From Candidatus Hydrogenedentota bacterium (GTDB taxonomy: Bacteria; Hydrogenedentota; Hydrogenedentia; Hydrogenedentales; JAEUWI01): DNA of 64,000 bases. Positions 52,857 to 62,197 of this stretch are shown here, piece after piece (position 1 is the first letter of the stretch; each line of letters starts with the position of its first letter). Below the pieces are notes generated by a model. That model did not search any database and had not been told where the DNA came from. It saw only the letters and a list, made by a program, of their open reading frames with translations. Where the stretch lies: NCBI GenBank assembly GCA_034669905.1, contig JAXMOL010000009.1:1-64000 (forward strand), written 5' to 3'. Position numbers and translations under genes: made by a program.

Positions 52857-55800
52857 TTGGGCGCCTTACAGAAAATATACGAGCTCTTCTCCAAAATCGG
52901 TGACCTCAAGATTATGCTGGTCCCGGTGTTCTTTATCCTTGCGGCCATCGGCGGCTTCTGGGAGCAGATCACCGTCTATGTGCACGCATGGTCAATTGTA
53001 CTGCTCATCGTCCTTATTCTGATTGGCGCTGCGGTATACACCTACATCAAACTGGTGAAGCCGTGGCGTGATAGTCGCAAAGCGGCCCAGGTGCCTGGCG
53101 AAGAAGGTGTCGAGGAGGAGGTTCCTGAGATTACCGACGAGGAATTTCGTCGGGCCTTTAAGCTTAAGTTCGACAAGGGCGTGGCTGATCTGGCCGCCTT
53201 CCGGAAAGATTCCGACAAGCTGCCCCTCTATCTCGTCGTGGGCGAGCGCGGCTGTGGTAAATCCGAGGCCATTCGCCGCAGCGGCATTGGCTTCCCCGCC
53301 GGCCTGACCAACACGGAGCAGGGTGTGGGGGGGACGGAGATCCTCGATTGGTGGATTACCAACCGGGGGGTGCTCCTCGATTTGCCGGGTGCCCATTTCT
53401 TCGGGCGGGGGGGCAAGTCCGAGGCCCTCGCGTGGAAGCTCCTTCTGAAGAGTATTGCGGATTTTCGCCCCGCCAGTCCGCTGAATGGCATTATCCTCAC
53501 CTTCTCCTCCGAACAGTTGCTCGCGGACACGGATGAGTCCGTAAGCGCCAAGTCGGCCCGTCTGGTGGAGCACTTTGAAAACATCCACCGTGCCCTCGGC
53601 ACCCAGGTGCCCGTATTTATCATGGTGACCAAGGCCGACCGGCTCTGTGGCTTCCTGGAGTACTTCGGCGACCTCAAAGAAGAGGGCGGCACCGATCAGA
53701 TCTTTGGATGGTCCAACCCCGATGAATTGGAAGAACCCTTCCAGGTGGAAAAATACCGGACGGGTATCGAAGGTATTTTCCAGCGCCTTCGTCAGCGCCG
53801 GGACTCCCTTCTCCAGTATTCCATCGAATCGCGCAGTCTGGCCTATAAACGCCGTGTCCAGGTGAATCATCTCTACGAGTTTCCCCGCAGCTTCCGTCTC
53901 AGCGCGAACCGCCTGGGGGATTATCTCGAACGCATTTTCGAACCCAACTCCTGGTATTGCGATCCCTTCTTTCTGCGGGGGGCTTACTACACCTCTGCCA
54001 TTCAACGTGAGACCGAGCTCGATCCCTCGCTGGCCCGGGCCCTCGAAAAGCCACTGGAAGAGTTGCCCGCCGCACAGGCCCGCCACACAGAAGACAGCTA
54101 TTTCCTCAAGGAAACCTTGAATGATAAGGTCTTCTGCGAGGGCGGATTGGTTACTTGGAACCAGGATCCCCGCTACCAACGGAAACGGTCCCGTGCCCGT
54201 CTCGTGCTCGCTGCGGCCGTATTGCTGGCCCTGTTTACCGCCTTCACCGTCTATAGCTCCATTGTCTGGCAGCAGGAAATGGAGAATAAGCACGATGATT
54301 GGGTGGCCGTAAAGGATTGGCTGCCGGAGAGCGACAATATCGTGGCCCGAAAAGCGGGCTCCTACACCTACAACGGCGGGATCCCGGTGGAGCTCTCGGA
54401 AAAAGTCATCATCCCGGAAGACATGGGAACCCTTGAGCTTTTCGAGATGCCCAAGTTGCTGGAGCAGGGATGGATTCAGGATGTTCGCACCCCCCTCATT
54501 TTCCGTCCCATCGATCTTTTCAATCGCAAGCTCGAAACCGACATGTACGATGCCTACCGGGGCATCTTCGAGTACCGCTATGTGACCCCCCTGGTCGTCG
54601 CGGCGGAGAAGCGCATTCTCGCCGAAGAGGACCACTGGTCCGATGAAGCGACCTATGCCCTGGGGCAATTGCTCCGCATCGAGGCCACGGCGGCAAATCA
54701 GGCACCGACCCTCGGCTCGCAGGACCGCCAGGTCGACCTGGATCACTACTTCAAATTTGTTCTGGATGATTTGAGCCTCTACGCCGATCATGCCAAGGAC
54801 TACAACGATTACGTGCGTGAGATTTACCATGGCGGGGGACGAAAGGCATGGCCGCCTGAGGTGCTGGTGGACGAGAATGCCCGGGAAGGCCTGGAAGGTG
54901 CAACGGAAAGTGGCGTCAAGCAGTTCAAGAAGGCCATGGATTTCTTCGTTTCGAAAGAGGGCGAAGCCTTTGCCGACTTGCGTTTGCTCCTGGATGCCAT
55001 CGTGGCGTTCCGCGATGCCGAGTCCCTCCTGTGGAAGAACGCCCTGTCCAGCGGCGACCCCGATAGCGTGCATCAGATCGACGTAATTCTCAAATCCTGG
55101 CAACACGACGTAGAAGAGTTGTCCAAGCGCCGGGAGGCACTGGATGATGTGCTGGAGAAACTTTTCCAGGATGAAGTGGTTGATATTAAGCTGCTCTGCG
55201 ATCGCCGTCGGGTGGACGTCACGGACCAGGTGGAAGATCGCTACTATATTCTCGAGAAAGAACTGGAGAATGTGAAGCCTGTTCCGGAAGGGGAGACGGA
55301 AGAGCATCACATTGAGGGCGTCAAGGTGACCTTGGCCGCCGATTTGTTAGCCAGTAAGGAGCTTATCAAGACGGAAGTGCAGCAGTATCTTGCTGATTTC
55401 GAAGCGCTCCGGGCCAACCGCGAATACCTGGCCAAGACGGACTACCAGGATTTCCGACGCTACCAGCTGCGTAACCATGTCTACGGCTTCCTTCAGTCCT
55501 CCGATTACGTCGTGGGCGAAGACATCTACGATCCCTTTGATTACCTGCTGGATCTGGAAGAGCTGCAGAAAGCCTTTGACGAAAGCGTCCGGAATATTGC
55601 CGATTTCGACACCAATTCGGACAGCTTCAACAGCGGACGTGAAGCGGCATCCAAGATGCTCAATCTCATCTACCGCCAACAGCGCTTCCGGGTCGTCGAG
55701 CAAATCGTCCAGGCCCTGCCCATTACGACCGGCGATTTCGCCCGCATGGTTTCCTCCCGCGTAGAAGCCCAGTGGCTCGAGCGTCCAGAGATTCCTCTGA

Positions 55801-58145
55801 CGCCCGATGGCGACCTTCACCAGTTTGATGATGGCTACAACACGGAAGTGGTCTACGACCTGCTCACGCTCTGGACCCACATGGACGAAATCCTGCGCCA
55901 GGAGCGGTTGGGTAAAGACAGCCTGCCCGATGTGGAACGTCTGAAGCGGAGTTTCCGGGAAAAAGACCAGGTCTTCAATCACTACATCACGGAGTACATG
56001 AATTATTGGACCCGCACCGTGGATCAGAACACGGAGATGGTGCAATACGGCACGTGGAAAGATTTTCATCAGGAGCTCAGCAACCTCGAAGTTTACAATG
56101 TAAACCACAAGTTGCAGATTCTCTTTGAAACGGCGCTCTACGCCGTCGATATTATTCCGTCCAGCCACCCGGGACAGACCGATGCCCATTTGGACCTGTC
56201 GCTGAAGATGAAGGCCCTGACGGAGGACTTCGACGCCGAGTGTCTCCGTATTCTCAACGCGTGGAAGGCCATCGAGAAGGTCGACCGCGATGTGATGAAC
56301 GAGATCCTGTTGCTCTCCGCAGCGGACTTCAAGTCTCAGTATCTCACCCTGCTCGACAACAATGTAAACAAGGCCAACTTCGGATTCTGGAACAGTCTCT
56401 GCACCCAGGCAGTCCGTCTTCTGGCTGACGAAGGCGAGCATCTTTCCCGCTACTACCTCACGAACCTGGCCACCCGCTACCGGGGCTTCCCGTTGATTAA
56501 CGATGTGGCCACCCCGGCGCTCAGCCCCGAAGGCTTTGACGAAGCGCTTGAGTTGGTTCGACACATCAAGCAGGCACCGAAAGAAGAAGACCCGGACACG
56601 CTCATGGGCGGCGATCGCACGGGCTGGCCGGATGTGGACAAAGAAATTGACCGTCTCCAGGGCGGAAAAGTTCTCCGCACGGAATACGAGCGCGAGTGGT
56701 TTGCCCAGCTGGTGGGTGTGATGGAATTCATCGAGGGCGACGAACCCCTCACCTGTGAGCTCATCGTGCTCCCCCGGGAGAAGCAGGCCGTGCGGCCCCC
56801 CCGATTCCCGGCACCCCAACCGACCCAGAAGGTCTTCGGGGATGCGACGTGGGTCTACCGCTACCTCCGCATCAACGGCGTCGCTTTCAACACGGAACCC
56901 ACGACTTATGTGGTGGGCCACGAAGGCAAGACCTATCCCATGGCACCCGATGCCAATAAGCTGGCCATGCACTTCTACTACACCTCAGAAGACCTGGATC
57001 CAGGCGTGAACAGTTTCGCCCGGCCCAGTGGTGTGGCAGGGCTCGAAATGGACTGGTTGCCGCTGGTGGTCTTGCACATGGGGGATACGGTCGTCCTGGA
57101 AGACAAGAAGACGGCCGCCGTGCCCTTCCGCGTCGTGGACAACGCCGAGCACAAAGACAGCGAGTACTATTACTGGTTGGGATTCCGCTTTAACAAGGAG
57201 ATTCCCGATCTCAAGTCCTGGCCATCGCCCTTCAACTGGCCCCACCTGCGCCGGACCACCCGCGAACTGGGCGGGTTCCTGCCGGACGAAAGCGATGGAA
57301 ACGGCCATCTCTACCCGGAAGCACCCCTCTTGCCCCTGCAGCGGGACGTGGCTGCCGTAGAACGGGTTCAGACCAACGCGAGTATGGTACGTCCCAGTGA
57401 AAAGATAAAACAGGTGGCAACGTCGACGCCGCCGCCGGTTACGTCGACCCCATCGGCCCGGCCCTATGATGCACCGGTACCGGCGCCCACTTCGGCGCCT
57501 GCGGCCGCCATGAGCGCGGAAGAAGAGGCCTTCATCCATGCACCGGCCCTCCCCGCCGATGCTCCGGAAGTCGAAGAATCCGCGCCTATGTCTGCGCCTG
57601 CGCCCGTGGCTGCACCCGCAACGGGCCGCGTGCCCCTCTATTCGCCGGCTGGTGGACATTCCACCGACAACATCTATCAGGCCCCCCGTCCGGAGTCACG
57701 CCCGGCGCGCGGCTATTCCCCATCCACGCGGGGCTATGCGCCCGAGGATGCGCCGGTTATGACACCACCTACCGCCGAAGTGATTGTGAAGTCGCCGCCA
57801 CCGCCGGCCGTGACCGTTACACCCGCCCAACCCGTGGTGCCCGAGACGCCAACCATTCCGGTGGTGGAGCCCGCGACGATTAAGCGCAGCCCACCCGTTG
57901 TGCCCGCACCAGAGCGGCCCCTCTATACCACCGAGGTGACCTTCACCCCGCCCCGCCCCGGCGCGTCCGGGCCGGTACCCCCGGGGGGAGATGCGATAAT
58001 CGGAACGGACGCTCCGGAAGTCCATCAGGAACCCGTGCCGTCGCCCTACACGGTAAAAGAAGGCGCGGGCTACGAAGCGGTCAAGGCTAAAAAAAAAACA
58101 CGGTCGCCGGTGACGCGACGGCCGATGACCCGGGGCCGTCGCTAA
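52857..58145 (+). CDS. tssM: T6SS membrane core protein TssM (IcmF), unusually long, with a Pro-rich C-terminal extension
   Basis: Two N-terminal TMs, YLVVGERGCGKS (Walker A), DWW, PLNGIIL, VFIMVTKAD, FLRGAYYTS and a third TM. TTG start behind TAAGGAG. Confidence 0.9.
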   Translation: MGALQKIYELFSKIGDLKIMLVPVFFILAAIGGFWEQITVYVHAWSIVLLIVLILIGAAVYTYIKLVKPWRDSRKAAQVPGEEGVEEEVPEITDEEFRRAFKLKFDKGVADLAAFRKDSDKLPLYLVVGERGCGKSEAIRRSGIGFPAGLTNTEQGVGGTEILDWWITNRGVLLDLPGAHFFGRGGKSEALAWKLLLKSIADFRPASPLNGIILTFSSEQLLADTDESVSAKSARLVEHFENIHRALGTQVPVFIMVTKADRLCGFLEYFGDLKEEGGTDQIFGWSNPDELEEPFQVEKYRTGIEGIFQRLRQRRDSLLQYSIESRSLAYKRRVQVNHLYEFPRSFRLSANRLGDYLERIFEPNSWYCDPFFLRGAYYTSAIQRETELDPSLARALEKPLEELPAAQARHTEDSYFLKETLNDKVFCEGGLVTWNQDPRYQRKRSRARLVLAAAVLLALFTAFTVYSSIVWQQEMENKHDDWVAVKDWLPESDNIVARKAGSYTYNGGIPVELSEKVIIPEDMGTLELFEMPKLLEQGWIQDVRTPLIFRPIDLFNRKLETDMYDAYRGIFEYRYVTPLVVAAEKRILAEEDHWSDEATYALGQLLRIEATAANQAPTLGSQDRQVDLDHYFKFVLDDLSLYADHAKDYNDYVREIYHGGGRKAWPPEVLVDENAREGLEGATESGVKQFKKAMDFFVSKEGEAFADLRLLLDAIVAFRDAESLLWKNALSSGDPDSVHQIDVILKSWQHDVEELSKRREALDDVLEKLFQDEVVDIKLLCDRRRVDVTDQVEDRYYILEKELENVKPVPEGETEEHHIEGVKVTLAADLLASKELIKTEVQQYLADFEALRANREYLAKTDYQDFRRYQLRNHVYGFLQSSDYVVGEDIYDPFDYLLDLEELQKAFDESVRNIADFDTNSDSFNSGREAASKMLNLIYRQQRFRVVEQIVQALPITTGDFARMVSSRVEAQWLERPEIPLTPDGDLHQFDDGYNTEVVYDLLTLWTHMDEILRQERLGKDSLPDVERLKRSFREKDQVFNHYITEYMNYWTRTVDQNTEMVQYGTWKDFHQELSNLEVYNVNHKLQILFETALYAVDIIPSSHPGQTDAHLDLSLKMKALTEDFDAECLRILNAWKAIEKVDRDVMNEILLLSAADFKSQYLTLLDNNVNKANFGFWNSLCTQAVRLLADEGEHLSRYYLTNLATRYRGFPLINDVATPALSPEGFDEALELVRHIKQAPKEEDPDTLMGGDRTGWPDVDKEIDRLQGGKVLRTEYEREWFAQLVGVMEFIEGDEPLTCELIVLPREKQAVRPPRFPAPQPTQKVFGDATWVYRYLRINGVAFNTEPTTYVVGHEGKTYPMAPDANKLAMHFYYTSEDLDPGVNSFARPSGVAGLEMDWLPLVVLHMGDTVVLEDKKTAAVPFRVVDNAEHKDSEYYYWLGFRFNKEIPDLKSWPSPFNWPHLRRTTRELGGFLPDESDGNGHLYPEAPLLPLQRDVAAVERVQTNASMVRPSEKIKQVATSTPPPVTSTPSARPYDAPVPAPTSAPAAAMSAEEEAFIHAPALPADAPEVEESAPMSAPAPVAAPATGRVPLYSPAGGHSTDNIYQAPRPESRPARGYSPSTRGYAPEDAPVMTPPTAEVIVKSPPPPAVTVTPAQPVVPETPTIPVVEPATIKRSPPVVPAPERPLYTTEVTFTPPRPGASGPVPPGGDAIIGTDAPEVHQEPVPSPYTVKEGAGYEAVKAKKKTRSPVTRRPMTRGRR
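58089..58098 (+). other. A10 homopolymer containing A_AAA_AAC, a candidate slippage site joining tssM to the downstream Ig ORF
   Basis: GCT AAA AAA AAA ACA in the tssM frame. The -1 frame has no stop from 58091 until the TAG at 59492-59494. Confidence 0.6.
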
Positions 58146-59494
58146 CCCTCGTTGATGTGACCGTGACGGAGTCCCCCGAAATGGCGGGGGACCAGCGCCT
58201 GGCCAATCCCGCGCTGTTGAATCAATACAGCCGCCCCGAGGTGGTTGTCCGCAAAGGACCCGGCCAGCCCGGTGTGACCAATGCGCTCCCCATCGTTTTC
58301 GATGTGGTCTTTGAAGAGCCTGTCGTGGATTTTCCGGTCGGTTTCAACGTGCCTGGGCTCCTCTTCACCGGAAGCGCTGCCGGCCTTCATTATGAAGTGA
58401 CGGGGCAGAGGGCCTTTTACCAGGTCACTATCCGTTCCATCGAGCAAGATGGGGACGTGGCACTCGCCATTCCGGCTGCGTTGACCGCTGACCTTTTTGG
58501 CAATGTGAACCGGGCTTCCGTGGACGATGGTGCCCTGGTGCACTACGATGCCACCCGCCCCCAATGTGTCATACAAAGCGACCAGGAAGGGGTGATGAAC
58601 GAGGCCCAGATGAATATCGCGCTGGTTTTTTCCGAGCCGGTTTTTGGACTTCGTGATGATGCCCTCACCTTGGAGAACGCTACCGTGGCCCGTACCGCCG
58701 GACAGGATGGGGATACCCGGTATCATTTCGCCGTGACGCCCCGTGCAGATGGGGTGACGGCCCTGACTGTGCCTGAGGATGCGGTAGTCGATGCGACCGG
58801 CAACGGCAACGAGGCATCCCCGGTATTCTCCCTGGTGGTGGACAGCAATGGCCCGGAGGTGACGCTGAGTTCCTTCGAGACGCCCCAGGCGAGCAATAGC
58901 TGGGTCATACGCGTCCATGCCGTGTTTACGGAGCCCACCTTCGACCTGGAGAAAAGCGATGTGGCCGTACGGGGGGGCACCCTGCTCAACTTTACGCGCC
59001 GGGAAGATGGGATGACCTTCGTCTTTGACGTGAAGCCAACGGGAGATGAAGTCCTGCTGGCTATTCCAGAAGGGGTAGCCCGGGATGCCATCGGCAATCC
59101 CAATGCGGCCTCAGAGCGCTTTGTGCGGCAGATTGATCGGACGCGACCCACGGTCGCTATCGACGTTCCCGACACGGCGAAAGATGCGACGGGTGCTATC
59201 GCGGTCACGCTCAGGTTTTCGGAGCCGGTATTTTCTCTCGCGCCCGATTTACTCCAGGTCACCCGTGGTGTTGCCCATCGTGTGGGTGGGGAAGAGGGGG
59301 ATGATACCTTCCACTACCAGGTGTCCCCCGCGGGAAGCCGCCCGATCGAATTGCGCGTTGCGTCCGGCGCGGCGCGGGATCTGGCAGGAAATCTGAATCA
59401 AGGCCGTTCCCTTCGCGTTACCCCGTCAGCGCGCCGCCCAGAGGCTTCCATAGCGGAGGGGCTGCAGGAGGCCGCACCGCCATTGCGCCCCTAG
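58091..59494 (+). CDS. Four bacterial Ig-like (Big_12/Big_13-like) domains, probably the frameshifted C-terminus of TssM (first in-frame start is GTG 58157)
   Basis: Four repeats of P.V....F(S/T/E)EP...D..GN. No signal peptide and no clear RBS at 58157. Confidence 0.75.
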   Translation, partial: KKNTVAGDATADDPGPSLTLVDVTVTESPEMAGDQRLANPALLNQYSRPEVVVRKGPGQPGVTNALPIVFDVVFEEPVVDFPVGFNVPGLLFTGSAAGLHYEVTGQRAFYQVTIRSIEQDGDVALAIPAALTADLFGNVNRASVDDGALVHYDATRPQCVIQSDQEGVMNEAQMNIALVFSEPVFGLRDDALTLENATVARTAGQDGDTRYHFAVTPRADGVTALTVPEDAVVDATGNGNEASPVFSLVVDSNGPEVTLSSFETPQASNSWVIRVHAVFTEPTFDLEKSDVAVRGGTLLNFTRREDGMTFVFDVKPTGDEVLLAIPEGVARDAIGNPNAASERFVRQIDRTRPTVAIDVPDTAKDATGAIAVTLRFSEPVFSLAPDLLQVTRGVAHRVGGEEGDDTFHYQVSPAGSRPIELRVASGAARDLAGNLNQGRSLRVTPSARRPEASIAEGLQEAAPPLRP

Positions 59495-59633
59495 TCGTTC
59501 CATTTCGTGCGGTAGGTGCTGTGCTGCCGGTAGCCGTGGCGACGAAGCTTCGCAGTGCGTGATATGATAATCGTTACCATGAAAACAACAGGCCGAGATA
59601 GCGGCCTGTGCAGCAGTAAGGAGGGTCTGGCCC

Positions 59634-59975
59634 ATGGGGCTTAGACAACGGGCGAAAGAAGCGTGGGAAGCACGCCAACGGGAAATTCTGCAGGGGAAAA
59701 TCCGCGCGACCAAGAAATTGCTCCGCGAAAACTTTGGCGTCCGAGATGAAGAGATGGATACCTTTGAGACCGCGGCCACCGGTCTTTGTGGGGCCAACAA
59801 GACGATCCGCGTGGAAGACCTGCTCTTCATGGTAGACGACGAAGGGAAGCTTTGTGTGCGCGATCAGCGGATTACCCAGCATTCCGGCAATCCCTGGAAA
59901 GAAATTGAGAATCTTTCGGACTTGGGGGCCGTAACGGTCAATCAAGTCAGCAGCGCGCAAACGCCTCAAATCTAG
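59634..59975 (+). CDS. Hypothetical protein (113 aa)
   Basis: AGGAGG RBS, plausible composition, and an extended -10-like TGaTATGAT near 59560. No family recognised. Confidence 0.6.
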   Translation: MGLRQRAKEAWEARQREILQGKIRATKKLLRENFGVRDEEMDTFETAATGLCGANKTIRVEDLLFMVDDEGKLCVRDQRITQHSGNPWKEIENLSDLGAVTVNQVSSAQTPQI

Positions 59976-59984
59976 TCTCTTCGC

Positions 59985-62171
59985 CTAGGTCGCCTCGTAC
60001 AACGGATTTGCGGTCCACGCCACGTCGTCATCCGGATCAGGCGGCTCAATCTCTTCGGGCTCGTCATAAAACTTTTCGAGGCTTTTCCACCAGGACGGCA
60101 GCTTGCTCTTCTCGCAGGCGTACGCTTCCACCAGCTTGTCCATGCCGGCACCGCTCAGTCTCGGCTTGATGTTGAGATAGCGGAATGCATTCTTCGACGA
60201 CCAGTGTTCCCACACCTTGAGGCGCATGTGCTTTTCGTCCTCGGGGAGGTCTTTGTAGGTCTCGGGATCCATTTTGCAGGACTTTTGCACCAGTCGCCAG
60301 AAGTCACAGGGGCTCAGGCCCGAGATCTCCGTCATATACCAATCCGTGCCGATCATGCATTTATCAAAAAGGCGTTTGCCGTCTGCACGCTGGAAGAGGG
60401 CGTCTTCAAACACGGGGTTGATGATATCGGCGATGGCCTTGCCACTGCCCGTGATGAAAGAAATGTCCGCATAAACATTGTCATACTGGGTGACCAGCTT
60501 GGTGATTCGCGTCGCCCAGTCATCGGGATAGGTATCCTCCCACGTCGACACCCAGTCTCCCCAGGGTTTCCCTTCAGCCAGGAGTGCGAGGGCCGAGTCG
60601 ACGGCATGGTCATCGCTCGTCTTGTGATTGTTGCGATTGTAGATGGCCCCCTTCTTGAAGTAATCCCGAAACTTGCGGTGTCCGGTTGCGCCCGCAACCA
60701 TGGGATTCTTCACCAGAAGCTGCTCGCAATCCGCGACAATCTCCGAGCTGTTGTTCACGTAACGGGGATGGGCGTAGATGCCCAGTTTCGACCCAAAGTG
60801 TGCGAAGCACAGGCGCAAGGCCGGGTACTTCTCCAGCACCGGCTCCCAGGAATAGGGCGAGGTAGTTAACTGATCGTAGAGGCAATAGTACCCATAGCTA
60901 TTCAGCTCATAGGTCATTTTTTCGATCGACTTTTGCTTGCTCGTCCGATTCCGATTGAAACGATCGGGCTTGGTCCAGTCGGTGGGCGGATAGGCCATGG
61001 GCGATAGGGCCGAAGCGGCATCGCGATCCGCCTGATTGGCGTCGGGCGTCATGCGCCACGGTAATACCAGGGCACCATCGGGTGGGTGGCCCGTCGGACT
61101 CGTATGGTTCAAGATGGGGATGTCGTTGGCTGTGACGTAGGTGTAGAACTCGTCCAGCCGCGCATCCAGCGTGGCGCCCACTTCGGGTCCGTGGAGCGCA
61201 CCGTTGTTGTAGGGCATCCATCCGCACCGGGCATAGAGCTTCACGCCCACATAGCCCTGGGTGTCCATGGCCTTCTTCACGTGATCCAGGCAGTCGGGGC
61301 GTCGGGGGTCGTAGGGGCAAAAGGGGAATATCTGCCCGGGCCACAGCCGTGAAATCAGATGCAGGATTTCGATCTGATGCGCAAACATCGACGTGTCACG
61401 GGTAAAGAAGCGATGACTCTTCTCGGTGTTGGCATTCTTCGAGAAGTAAAAAATACCGGTGTCCGTTGCTTCTTCTTCCCGGGCCTTCGACTCCTTCATG
61501 TTCGTGCCCGAACCCTTTATCCCCGCTCCCTTGCTGGCCGCAGAGGTGCCCAGCGGCGTATAGCCGAAATCGAGGAGCATGGGGGTCACGGCGACCGGGT
61601 GCCCGATGTCGAAGCGCCCCGTTTCGTTTTGAAAGCGCTGCGTGAGTTGCAAGAGTTTCTTGGCAACCCACGGATCGTCCTTGAAATTCCAGTGGGCAAA
61701 ATTAAAGGTCGCGCCCTGGCTGTGATAGCGCACGGTTTTCTCGCGATAATCCTTCACCGACTTCTGGAAGGCTTTGCGCTTCTTTTCCGTGCTCAGGTCA
61801 TTGCCGTTAAAAATCCCATGCTGTTCGAAATTCTTGAGCGACTGTTTGCTCTTCGAAAGGCTTACGCCATGGATGTGACAATGGACGTCAATAATCGGAA
61901 GCGGGGGGAGCGGGTCATCGAACGTGGAAGCCGTTGCGCTTTCATCCCCGGTGGCCCGGGCCACCGTCTGCGTGCTGCTCCGCTCCTCCGGCTCCGGGAG
62001 GTCTTCGTCATCCCGAATGTCATCGATATCCAACTCGCCATCGACGAAATTCTCCGCAAACAGTTCCTCCGGATCAAGAGGGTCACTCAGATCAAAGAGC
62101 CCATCATCATCCGATGGGGTCGATGGGGGAGGCGTTTCGTCAGGATCAGTACTGGTTGGGCCATTGTTCAT
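59985..62171 (-). CDS. Amidohydrolase-superfamily (Amidohydro_2-like) protein with acidic low-complexity termini
   Basis: IIDVHCHI, YDPRR, GVKLY, PILNH, LRLCFAHFG, NVYADIS and MIGTDWY. Confidence 0.8.
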   Translation of the reverse strand: MNNGPTSTDPDETPPPSTPSDDDGLFDLSDPLDPEELFAENFVDGELDIDDIRDDEDLPEPEERSSTQTVARATGDESATASTFDDPLPPLPIIDVHCHIHGVSLSKSKQSLKNFEQHGIFNGNDLSTEKKRKAFQKSVKDYREKTVRYHSQGATFNFAHWNFKDDPWVAKKLLQLTQRFQNETGRFDIGHPVAVTPMLLDFGYTPLGTSAASKGAGIKGSGTNMKESKAREEEATDTGIFYFSKNANTEKSHRFFTRDTSMFAHQIEILHLISRLWPGQIFPFCPYDPRRPDCLDHVKKAMDTQGYVGVKLYARCGWMPYNNGALHGPEVGATLDARLDEFYTYVTANDIPILNHTSPTGHPPDGALVLPWRMTPDANQADRDAASALSPMAYPPTDWTKPDRFNRNRTSKQKSIEKMTYELNSYGYYCLYDQLTTSPYSWEPVLEKYPALRLCFAHFGSKLGIYAHPRYVNNSSEIVADCEQLLVKNPMVAGATGHRKFRDYFKKGAIYNRNNHKTSDDHAVDSALALLAEGKPWGDWVSTWEDTYPDDWATRITKLVTQYDNVYADISFITGSGKAIADIINPVFEDALFQRADGKRLFDKCMIGTDWYMTEISGLSPCDFWRLVQKSCKMDPETYKDLPEDEKHMRLKVWEHWSSKNAFRYLNIKPRLSGAGMDKLVEAYACEKSKLPSWWKSLEKFYDEPEEIEPPDPDDDVAWTANPLYEAT

Positions 62172-62197
62172 CGTAGCGATTCACTTTGCTTCTCGGT

